Below the pieces are notes generated by a model. That model was given only the letters and a program-made list of their open reading frames with translations. It ran no database searches and was not told the origin of the DNA. The translations under genes and the position numbers were made by a program. 32,113 bases of DNA from a virus. Lineage: Duplodnaviria; Caudoviricetes. The DNA is taken from IMG/VR virus record IMGVR_UViG_3300022697_000100, positions 1-32,113 of that record. One strand, written 5' to 3'. Below, piece by piece: positions 1 to 6,154 of this stretch (positions are counted from its first letter, which is position 1; each line of letters begins with the position of its first letter).

Positions 1-35
1 TTTTCATATCTATCCTCTCTCTAGTTAATCTGGGG

Positions 36-203
36 TTATTTATCGTCTACTATTATTTTTTCTAGATGACCCAAAAAATCAATCAGCATGGCGTTATCTG
101 TGGATTTCCGTCCCAGCTGATTTATCATGTGCAGAATTTCTTCTCGACTGAAACATATTCGCTTCGTGTCGCCGCCCTCTATTGTTGAATATTTGACTTT
201 CAT
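36..203 (-). CDS. small hypothetical phage protein (55 aa, MKVKYSTIEGG...IIVDDK)
   Basis: Translated by hand; ATG preceded by AGAGAGGATAGAT RBS; fills the gap below the ORF-track size cutoff. Another ORF starts at 7 and runs off the left edge with the same RBS. Confidence 0.7.
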   Translation of the reverse strand: MKVKYSTIEGGDTKRICFSREEILHMINQLGRKSTDNAMLIDFLGHLEKIIVDDK

Positions 204-222
204 ATCTATCCTCTCTTGTGGG

Positions 223-471
223 TTAGCACAGTTTAATTAATTTCATAATACCTCGCCCTTTTAGGCCTTTCCTGCTGATGAATTTCCCCGTTCCCGGCCA
301 AAAGTCGATCATTCCGTTACGGCCCTCTACGATCAAGTGAGCGCCACCGTTTTTAGATACATAAGAGATTTCTCGTTTATCTAAAATTGGTAATGCGTTA
401 TCACGATTGTTGCCACGCCTTAATTTACTGTCTTCGGTCATCTCTCGGAATACTTTGCCCATGTCACCCAT
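223..471 (-). CDS. hypothetical phage protein (82 aa)
   Basis: ORF with GGAGG RBS; NGGAHLIV and IDFWPGTG motifs resemble a common small phage family. Confidence 0.8.
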   Translation of the reverse strand: MGDMGKVFREMTEDSKLRRGNNRDNALPILDKREISYVSKNGGAHLIVEGRNGMIDFWPGTGKFISRKGLKGRGIMKLIKLC

Positions 472-500
472 ATCTATCCTCCTATGTTAAACATCATTAA

Positions 501-1115
501 TTAATCTACGAATTTCACCAACCTATTTTCTGTAAAATGTCCTTCTCTTCCATGCACTCCTGCTGAAATTATTCTTAGAAACTGCCTGTTAATATCTTTT
601 TTAACAGGAATGCTTTCATGCGGGGTGAGTATCCCTATCTCATGCACCTCTCCTGATTTCATAAAATGGGCCTCAGAATATGGGTAGTTTCTTGAAAGGT
701 GGCCGATATCGCCGTCTTCACTAGTATCCTCATGTTCCGCATCCCACAAAGCACAGCTGTCATCTAAATTATTGGCTAACAAAATGCCCACGTCCGCATC
801 TAATGTTACTTGGTGGCTTTTACCCCACCCACCACCACCCCATACATAAGTTTTGTTTGGTATGCGCCCAACTTCGGTATGCAATGCTCGTTTTGTTTTC
901 GCCCTATCCCCGCGATGCGGTAATCCTTTTTTCACTAAAGACTCGTCTATTGTTAAATATCCAATATCGCCGCGCTTGAAATAGCATGATTCTATAATTT
1001 CTTCATAACCATCTCTATATTCGACCGGCACAGATGCCGGGTCGCCTTGTATATATGGCATCATCAGGCACCGGATTCCAGTGAACTGTGGTAAAGTTAT
1101 TTTGCTAATTTGCAT
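501..1115 (-). CDS. putative 2OG-Fe(II) dioxygenase-like (DSBH) protein
   Basis: HxE (LHTE), distal His (TPHES) and RxxxR-like strand (RQFLR) in the order expected for the DSBH fold; AGGAG RBS. Confidence 0.55.
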   Translation of the reverse strand: MQISKITLPQFTGIRCLMMPYIQGDPASVPVEYRDGYEEIIESCYFKRGDIGYLTIDESLVKKGLPHRGDRAKTKRALHTEVGRIPNKTYVWGGGGWGKSHQVTLDADVGILLANNLDDSCALWDAEHEDTSEDGDIGHLSRNYPYSEAHFMKSGEVHEIGILTPHESIPVKKDINRQFLRIISAGVHGREGHFTENRLVKFVD

Positions 1116-1142
1116 ATTCTCTCTCCTATTGTTGGTTAAACA

Positions 1143-2639
1143 TCATTGCGCCCTTTTCGGGGCTTGGGAATTCTTTATATTTAAGTGTTTTATATAACTC
1201 ATCGTTTCGTATGACGGAGATAGTGACCTTACATTACTATGATGGTTTGGCCATACTCCATATCGCTCCTTATATTTATGTGCTGACCATCCATCCTTGA
1301 ATGACCGTGATTCTGCGTAGCCTTTCAGCTCTGCGTAAAATTTCCTTTTTTGTTCTGTAGAGTGTTTTTTATTTAGCTTCTTTTTTACCTTACCGTTGTC
1401 TTGAATGCGAACCAATTTACCATTAACGTATTCTATTCCTGGCTCAGGTGTTGGCGTAAACCCACACTTAGGACACGTCCGGCTACCTTCTTTTTTAGCT
1501 CCACATATATGCCCGTTTTTATCTCTTGCAGAACATTGCGCCGGTTCTTTTTTCTCATACTCTGCTCTTTGAGATATAGGCTTATCACCCTTGTCTAATT
1601 CGTCCGTAGTTTCGTCAGTATTAAAACCGAGTTGCGCTCTATTCCCCGCCATATCTATAATTGTGCAAAATTCCTTTCCAGGATAAGAACGAATCCCCCG
1701 CCCCCAAAATTGAATGTGCCTAATCAGTGATTTAGTGGGAGCTGCGAAGATTAGTTTTGTGCAATTCGGTAAATCTATTCCTATAGATAATTTAAAGACG
1801 CTCGACAGTACTTGCAGCTCCCCCGCTTTGAACATGTCAATAATCCCGCCCTTCATGTACATCTTTTGTACGGGTGTTTTATAGTCGACGTGATACGCCT
1901 TCACGCCTCGAGCAACCAGCCGGTCAACGATATTGATACTGTCTGCACAATTAATAGCCGATATCATCGTTTGGTCGTTTGGGCATATTTCAAAAAATTG
2001 GTCGACTACTTCACCAACCCTTTTGGCGGTTACTTCTCCAAGCTGCTTTTGGTTGTACTCACCTGCGACGATACCAACCGCCTCGAGGTCTGGCGCGCTT
2101 GGCTCCCAAATATCACTTGGCGTTAATCTACCCAATTCAATTAGATTCGATGTGCTTGGCCCTTTAATGATGGTTTCGTAATATCCCGCCTTACCAAGCC
2201 CCTTGGACCACGGCGTTGCAGATAATCCCGCGAATAGAACATTGTTGTACGTCTCCATTAATCGTTTGTCATACGCCCTTAGAACGTGAGCTTCATCCCG
2301 AATGATTAAATCTACATCAGGTAAGCGAGGCAGCTTTTCTATGCTCTGCACGCTGGCAACTAATATTTCCGGATTACTATCACCGCGTCGACCCTGCTGA
2401 ATAATTGCCACACGTGAACCAAGTTTCGAGAATGATTGTGCCGCTTGTTCACACAAGGCTATTTTGTCGCAGAGGAAAAGCACCTTTTTGTTCTTCTTAA
2501 TGGCGGATCGAAATATCATATTAGATATGAACGTTTTCCCACCACCGCAAGGAAGCTGAATCATTGGCCGCCTTACCCCTTGCCGGTAGGCTTCTCGAGT
2601 ATCCTCAACAACCTTTTCCTGATATTCATACGGCTTCAT
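1143..2639 (-). CDS. SF2 DNA helicase (YejH/RadD-like) with C-terminal Cys4 zinc finger
   Basis: Q motif PYEYQ, Walker A PCGGGKT, DEAH, SAT, IQFWGRGIR; C-terminal CxxC pairs. Start placed at the ATGA overlap with the upstream stop (2636-2639). Confidence 0.92.
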   Translation of the reverse strand: MKPYEYQEKVVEDTREAYRQGVRRPMIQLPCGGGKTFISNMIFRSAIKKNKKVLFLCDKIALCEQAAQSFSKLGSRVAIIQQGRRGDSNPEILVASVQSIEKLPRLPDVDLIIRDEAHVLRAYDKRLMETYNNVLFAGLSATPWSKGLGKAGYYETIIKGPSTSNLIELGRLTPSDIWEPSAPDLEAVGIVAGEYNQKQLGEVTAKRVGEVVDQFFEICPNDQTMISAINCADSINIVDRLVARGVKAYHVDYKTPVQKMYMKGGIIDMFKAGELQVLSSVFKLSIGIDLPNCTKLIFAAPTKSLIRHIQFWGRGIRSYPGKEFCTIIDMAGNRAQLGFNTDETTDELDKGDKPISQRAEYEKKEPAQCSARDKNGHICGAKKEGSRTCPKCGFTPTPEPGIEYVNGKLVRIQDNGKVKKKLNKKHSTEQKRKFYAELKGYAESRSFKDGWSAHKYKERYGVWPNHHSNVRSLSPSYETMSYIKHLNIKNSQAPKRAQ

Positions 2640-2995
2640 CGTAGTATTTTCCTCATCGTCCAATATTTGGCCCACTCTGATTTCGTTTTCTGTCCCTCTT
2701 GCGCCTCAAAAATGGCAATGTATATCTTGGCTTGCCCTTGTTCCTCTGCTCGTTTCTTGTCCGAATAGATCCTTTTTTGCTCAGGTGTGGCATCGGGCCA
2801 CAATCCCTGTGATTCCATAGCGGCTTTGATTTCGTAAAATTCACATCCTGATAGGCAATACACCAGCATCTTGCCGTCTCGGTCCGTGATACGCATCGAG
2901 GGGGACTTATCGTCATGGGCCACGCATTTCACCATCCAGCTCGTTTCGCTCTTACTGTGCGTTCCCAGTGCTTGGGCTATCTCATACGGTGTCAT
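2636..2995 (-). CDS. stand-alone primase-type CHC2 zinc-binding domain protein (no TOPRIM domain)
   Basis: CVAHDDKSPSM...YCLSGC matches the DnaG/P4-type zinc ribbon; only 119 aa. Confidence 0.85.
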   Translation of the reverse strand: MTPYEIAQALGTHSKSETSWMVKCVAHDDKSPSMRITDRDGKMLVYCLSGCEFYEIKAAMESQGLWPDATPEQKRIYSDKKRAEEQGQAKIYIAIFEAQEGQKTKSEWAKYWTMRKILR

Positions 2996-3036
2996 TTTAT
3001 CGGCTCTATTTTACGTGCACTAATCAACATGGTCAT
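2992..3036 (-). CDS. 14-aa leader peptide MTMLISARKIEPIK, coupled to the Zn-finger gene
   Basis: Strong GAGGAG RBS 8 nt upstream; TGA overlaps the ATG of 2995 (ATGA); the downstream gene lacks its own obvious SD. Confidence 0.6.
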   Translation of the reverse strand: MTMLISARKIEPIK

Positions 3037-3060
3037 TTTCTGATCTCCTCTTTTTTTTAA

Positions 3061-3380
3061 GCAAACGTCCGCTAGGGGTGGTAAGCCATTGATCTATAGG
3101 GTAACTATTCCTACCCCACATGCTGACTATCCCGAATGCCAATATCGCTTATGAATTAACCGCAATACCTACATCGCTCATAGAGTCACAGTTCAATCCA
3201 CAGTGGCCTAGTTGCAACGTCCTTTTATTGGCGGACGTTCCCACCCGTGTAACCACTGCTTATGCCATATACCCTGTGCAAGTTATGGCCAGCCTTCTGG
3301 TGGAATGTTGACCAGCGCTGTGTGTTTTCTTGTCGGCAGCCCATGCAGGCTCACTGTTAACGCAGACAGAACGCACAGAA
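3061..3380 (-). ncRNA. putative large structured RNA or ssDNA element upstream of replication genes
   Basis: No convincing ORF; dense nested inverted repeats (e.g. 3064-3072/3231-3239, 3201-3206/3253-3258, 3264-3269/3284-3289, 3318-3326/3370-3378), several extended by G-U pairs on the minus strand. Confidence 0.55.
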
Positions 3381-3406
3381 ATATGTGAGATTTTTTCATT
3401 AGGAAG

Positions 3407-3435
3407 TTACTACAAGGAAGGTTTTGCGTTATAAT
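3407..3435 (+). promoter_or_regulatory. sigma70-like promoter for an antisense RNA
   Basis: TTACTA-17 bp-TATAAT (perfect -10, weak -35). Confidence 0.5.
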
Positions 3436-3441
3436 TTCTGT

Positions 3442-3543
3442 AACGCGGTGGCCCTGAGTAGCCTTCGAGTCAGTGAGGTGTTAGAGCCTGCACTGGCAAT
3501 CTAATCTTAAGCCGCCCGCTAACTTTTAGCAAGCGGCTTTTTT
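3442..3543 (+). ncRNA. putative ~100-nt antisense sRNA (three stem-loops)
   Basis: Lies between a TATAAT promoter and a + strand terminator; internal hairpins GGC/GCC and CAGTG-AGGT-gttaga-GCCT-g-CACTG. Confidence 0.55.
3509..3543 (+). terminator. intrinsic terminator
   Basis: AAGCCGC-cc-GCTAA-ctt-TTAGC-aa-GCGGCTT ending in a T6 tract. Confidence 0.75.
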
Positions 3544-3791
3544 ATTGCTTTCTTACTCAAAATCTTCACCTCATTTAGTACAGCCGTTCTTACCTCTTTA
3601 AGGTAGGCTAATTCACTGGATTGCATGGCAATATCACGATCAATTCTAATTACCTTCTCCTTGATGAGGTTTAGGCGGCTCAGATGTAAACTAACAGCAT
3701 TAATCTCAAGATCCTTCTCGTGAAGAGCAGTTTCGTACTGTTCCGGCGGTATCTTTCTAAGTTCTTTTATAAGTTTGGCTTCTTTTTTCAT
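3519..3791 (-). CDS. hypothetical coiled-coil protein (90 aa)
   Basis: AAGGAG RBS before ATG at 3791; heptad-like helical sequence. Confidence 0.75.
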   Translation of the reverse strand: MKKEAKLIKELRKIPPEQYETALHEKDLEINAVSLHLSRLNLIKEKVIRIDRDIAMQSSELAYLKEVRTAVLNEVKILSKKAIKKPLAKS

Positions 3792-3807
3792 AAATAACTC
3801 CTTCACT

Positions 3808-3836
3808 AGAGGGCTTGCTGAGAAATCACAAGCCCG
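3808..3836. repeat. hairpin-forming repeat, copy 1 (AGAGGGCTTGC..AATCACAAGCCCG)
   Basis: Near-identical to 4920-4945; GGGCTTG/CAAGCCC stem just upstream of a minus-strand RBS. Confidence 0.85.
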
Positions 3837-3839
3837 TTT

Positions 3840-4088
3840 TTATTTCGGTATATTTGGCGTTTCATCTTCCTTCAATACATCCGGGTAGTTTAATGCTAGC
3901 CATGCAATACATAGGCGCTGAAAGTTTTCTTTGCTGATCCCATTGTCGTTTTTAACAATGACATCTAACATTCCAGGCCCGCTATCAGCAAACTCTATCC
4001 CAGACTGATCACCGACTCCTTTAAGATAATGATCATCGTCGATAATATAGAAAAGTGTTTCGCTGTCGAGTTCTACAATGTCACCCAC
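3840..4088 (-). CDS. hypothetical protein (MGDIVELD..., 82 aa)
   Basis: GTG start 2 nt after the upstream stop; the longer track ORF overlaps 4091..4306. Confidence 0.6.
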   Translation of the reverse strand: MGDIVELDSETLFYIIDDDHYLKGVGDQSGIEFADSGPGMLDVIVKNDNGISKENFQRLCIAWLALNYPDVLKEDETPNIPK

Positions 4089-4090
4089 CG

Positions 4091-4306
4091 CTAATGGTAA
4101 TTTTTTGGAATAATAAAGCTTGCTCGTTGTGGTGTGGCATCTGGCGAGCAATAAAAATATAGCGGCCACCATCTACCAAAGCAGCGTAAAGGAATTCTGA
4201 AACAGACATAGCCCCAGCGTTTAGTAGAGATGTTCACAGCCCAATGCATTGCATTTCGGCCATATATGGTTATGTTTAATATGTTTATGTGGCCGTCTAA
4301 ATCCAT
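4091..4306 (-). CDS. Trp/aromatic-rich hypothetical phage protein (71 aa)
   Basis: ORF with AGGA RBS; NAMHWAVNI..RWGYVCFR..WWPLYFY sequence looks conserved-like. Confidence 0.7.
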   Translation of the reverse strand: MDLDGHINILNITIYGRNAMHWAVNISTKRWGYVCFRIPLRCFGRWWPLYFYCSPDATPQRASFIIPKNYH

Positions 4307-4324
4307 ATTTTCATCCTAAAAGAT

Positions 4325-4352
4325 TTGAATTACATCAGGGAAATGCTAAAAT
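4325..4352 (+). promoter_or_regulatory. sigma70-like promoter (extended -10)
   Basis: TTGAAT-16 bp-TAAAAT with TGn. Confidence 0.55.
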
Positions 4353-4357
4353 AGGAG

Positions 4358-4467
4358 GGTGTTGCTGAAGTGATTGTTCCCGTTTAACATTTCGCAAGAT
4401 GTCGGTAAAACATCGTTGCAACTCAATAATTATAGGCGCTTGGATTAAAACTTCAAGCGCCTTTTTT
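4358..4467 (+). ncRNA. putative ~110-nt antisense sRNA
   Basis: Intergenic, between promoter and terminator; long imperfect hairpin GTTGC...GCAAC. Confidence 0.5.
4434..4467 (+). terminator. intrinsic terminator
   Basis: AGGCGCTTG/CAAGCGCCT stem ending in a T6 tract on +. Confidence 0.75.
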
Positions 4468-4468
4468 A

Positions 4469-4660
4469 TTATATGAGGTGCTTGGGATCTATCCCGGAAC
4501 ACTCAAAACAAACCATCGGCCCGTCGCCAAGTGGCGACATACAATATAGCTCGTAATCAACTTTTTTCTTACAACCCATACAAGTATATTCGTCGATATA
4601 ATCATCGGCTAATTTTTCAATTCTAGAACTCATCAATTCTACTGGGTCTGGTATATACAC
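4469..4660 (-). CDS. small CxxC-CxxC zinc-finger protein
   Basis: CMGC and CFEC; GTG start with AAGGGG RBS. Confidence 0.75.
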   Translation of the reverse strand: MYIPDPVELMSSRIEKLADDYIDEYTCMGCKKKVDYELYCMSPLGDGPMVCFECSGIDPKHLI

Positions 4661-4704
4661 TTTATTCCCCTTTTCGGTTATTAAGACAGCCCCTGGTTAG
4701 GGGG

Positions 4705-4902
4705 TTATTGCCACTTAAATTTATCACCCAGCTCAAGACGTCTCTGTTTAAATCCCTCGTAATACGCTAGATCTTCCGCACAGTCATTAGGATCACCCGT
4801 GTCAGGATAAGCGCGATTATAGACACCGTTCCCTGCGTCTTTTCGGCCTTCATCTCGATACCCTGCCATAATGTTACTCCACCATTTATCTGTATCGTCC
4901 AT
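4705..4902 (-). CDS. hypothetical protein
   Basis: ORF with GAGGA RBS; exact start uncertain (4902 or 4911). Confidence 0.7.
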   Translation of the reverse strand: MDDTDKWWSNIMAGYRDEGRKDAGNGVYNRAYPDTGDPNDCAEDLAYYEGFKQRRLELGDKFKWQ

Positions 4903-4919
4903 TTTATTCATCCTCAATC

Positions 4920-4945
4920 AGAGGGCTTGCCGAATCACAAGCCCG
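4920..4945. repeat. hairpin-forming repeat, copy 2
   Basis: AGAGGGCTTGCcgAATCACAAGCCCG; matches 3808-3836 except in the loop. Confidence 0.85.
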
Positions 4946-4987
4946 GTTTGGTGGTGGAAGGCCGGATACTCTCCATTGGTTAGTAGG

Positions 4988-5191
4988 CTATGTGCCTTCG
5001 TAATACTGCTGCTCTTCTTCGGTTAATTCCTTGCTGTAAATATAATGCTCTATGTCCTGTTGTTTAAAAACCGATATTCCACTATATATACGGACATAAA
5101 CTTCGTACGTGTTATCTCCCCAGCATTTAACGACAACGCCAATCTGATCATTATTAACAATTACTATATTTCCGAATGTAAATTTACTCAT
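4988..5191 (-). CDS. small beta-barrel (SH3/KOW-like) hypothetical protein
   Basis: MSKFTFGNIVIV..IGVVVK pattern; GGAGAGGG RBS. Confidence 0.65.
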   Translation of the reverse strand: MSKFTFGNIVIVNNDQIGVVVKCWGDNTYEVYVRIYSGISVFKQQDIEHYIYSKELTEEEQQYYEGT

Positions 5192-5636
5192 ATACCCTCT
5201 CCTTCCGCCAATTCTTATAATCAGCGGGGTTGAAATTAATACTACTTTCACACGATAGTTTGAATGCCGCCCTAAAGTGCATCGCCGATCTAAATGCATG
5301 TAGCTCCATGTCAGGTGTTATTTTATCAATCTTTCCCACCCAGAACTTGCGGCTTCGTTTCTTCCCGTCATCTACCCATGGCGCTTGATATACGACGCTG
5401 CGGGTATCTCTGCGCTTGTCGTGCTCAATGCTGCGGTAAACACGTACAGATTTCATTTCCGTAGCACCCAAAGAAATTAACATTTGATCACGCCAATGCT
5501 TAGCGGCCACAAGAGACTTGATTTTATTCCCCCACTGCTTATGCGCAAAGGTACGGCTAAACTCGCTCTTGTTGCGCACTATGCGAACCTGGTATTCGTA
5601 TTTATTGGGTTCGGTTATGTGTCTGTGCTCAGCCAT
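5184..5636 (-). CDS. AP2-like DNA-binding domain protein
   Basis: YQVRIVRN..FSRTF..AAKHWRD, plus a second similar unit; AAGGAG RBS. Confidence 0.6.
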   Translation of the reverse strand: MAEHRHITEPNKYEYQVRIVRNKSEFSRTFAHKQWGNKIKSLVAAKHWRDQMLISLGATEMKSVRVYRSIEHDKRRDTRSVVYQAPWVDDGKKRSRKFWVGKIDKITPDMELHAFRSAMHFRAAFKLSCESSINFNPADYKNWRKERVYE

Positions 5637-5799
5637 TTTCAATCTCCTTAATTTGCTCTAATGCGTCTTTTTTGCTTGCCGCTGTTCCAGCTAATCCGTT
5701 GCGGCCGTCGTGGTCATCGTGCCAGAAATCGTAATCGTAGCCCCTATATGGTACAGGTTTTGGGGCATATTCTATGTGCCAGCCGGCTGGTGGTTTCAT
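5629..5799 (-). CDS. small hypothetical phage protein (56 aa, MKPPAGWHIEYAPKP...YDFWHDDHDG)
   Basis: Hand-translated; ATGA-coupled to the upstream gene. Confidence 0.75.
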   Translation of the reverse strand: MKPPAGWHIEYAPKPVPYRGYDYDFWHDDHDGRNGLAGTAASKKDALEQIKEIENG

Positions 5800-5993
5800 G
5801 GTTTATTTTTACTCTCAAAGCTACCCGGTAAAATAGCCTTATCTCTAAATACAGTCGAAACAGGCATTTTGTCGTGGCGAGCTTTAGTAGTGAATTTACA
5901 ATCAGGATAAGTAGAGCAACCGAAGAAGTCGCCATACTTACCCTTTTTGCGTATTAGTTCTGCTTTACACTTTGGGCATTGGTCGGTAGCCAT
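5796..5993 (-). CDS. topoisomerase-I-type C4 zinc finger protein (stand-alone)
   Basis: CPKC..LIRKKGKYGDFFGCSTYPDC matches zf-C4_Topoisom. Confidence 0.85.
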   Translation of the reverse strand: MATDQCPKCKAELIRKKGKYGDFFGCSTYPDCKFTTKARHDKMPVSTVFRDKAILPGSFESKNKP

Positions 5994-6130
5994 TATTGAT
6001 CGTATTTAAAATATTCAGGATCATATCCCTTGTTTTTTATAAATAGTTCTATCTCATTTATTGAGTCAAACGATCCATAGTACTGCCAACATTCAGCGCA
6101 ATGTGACCATGCATACAATTTTATCTTCAT
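5993..6130 (-). CDS. small hypothetical protein (45 aa)
   Basis: Hand-translated MKIKLYAWSHCAECW...; GAGGGGG RBS; TAATG coupling. Confidence 0.65.
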   Translation of the reverse strand: MKIKLYAWSHCAECWQYYGSFDSINEIELFIKNKGYDPEYFKYDQ

Positions 6131-6154
6131 TCTTCCCCCTCTAGGCGTAAGCTG

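Noticed and set aside
2-483. CRISPR-like array from the repeated CATATCTATCCTC
   Set aside because: Spacing is 200-270 bp and contains ORFs; the repeats are RBS/start regions; no cas genes.
2640-2675. Longer helicase start or programmed frameshift fusing the Zn finger and helicase
   Set aside because: A clean ATGA overlap at 2636-2639 gives a normal N-terminus right before the Q motif; no slippery site seen.
3120-3311. 63-aa + strand ORF in the non-coding region
   Set aside because: No RBS, opposite to the operon, no recognisable motif; the region is better explained by RNA structure.
3450-3830. Hammerhead-like cores (CTGAGTA, CTGAGAAA)
   Set aside because: Do not match CUGANGA...GAAA with the required three stems.
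4945-4987. tRNA-like fragment on minus (…CCGGCCTTCCACCACCA)
   Set aside because: No T-loop (GTTCRA) and no cloverleaf can be built.
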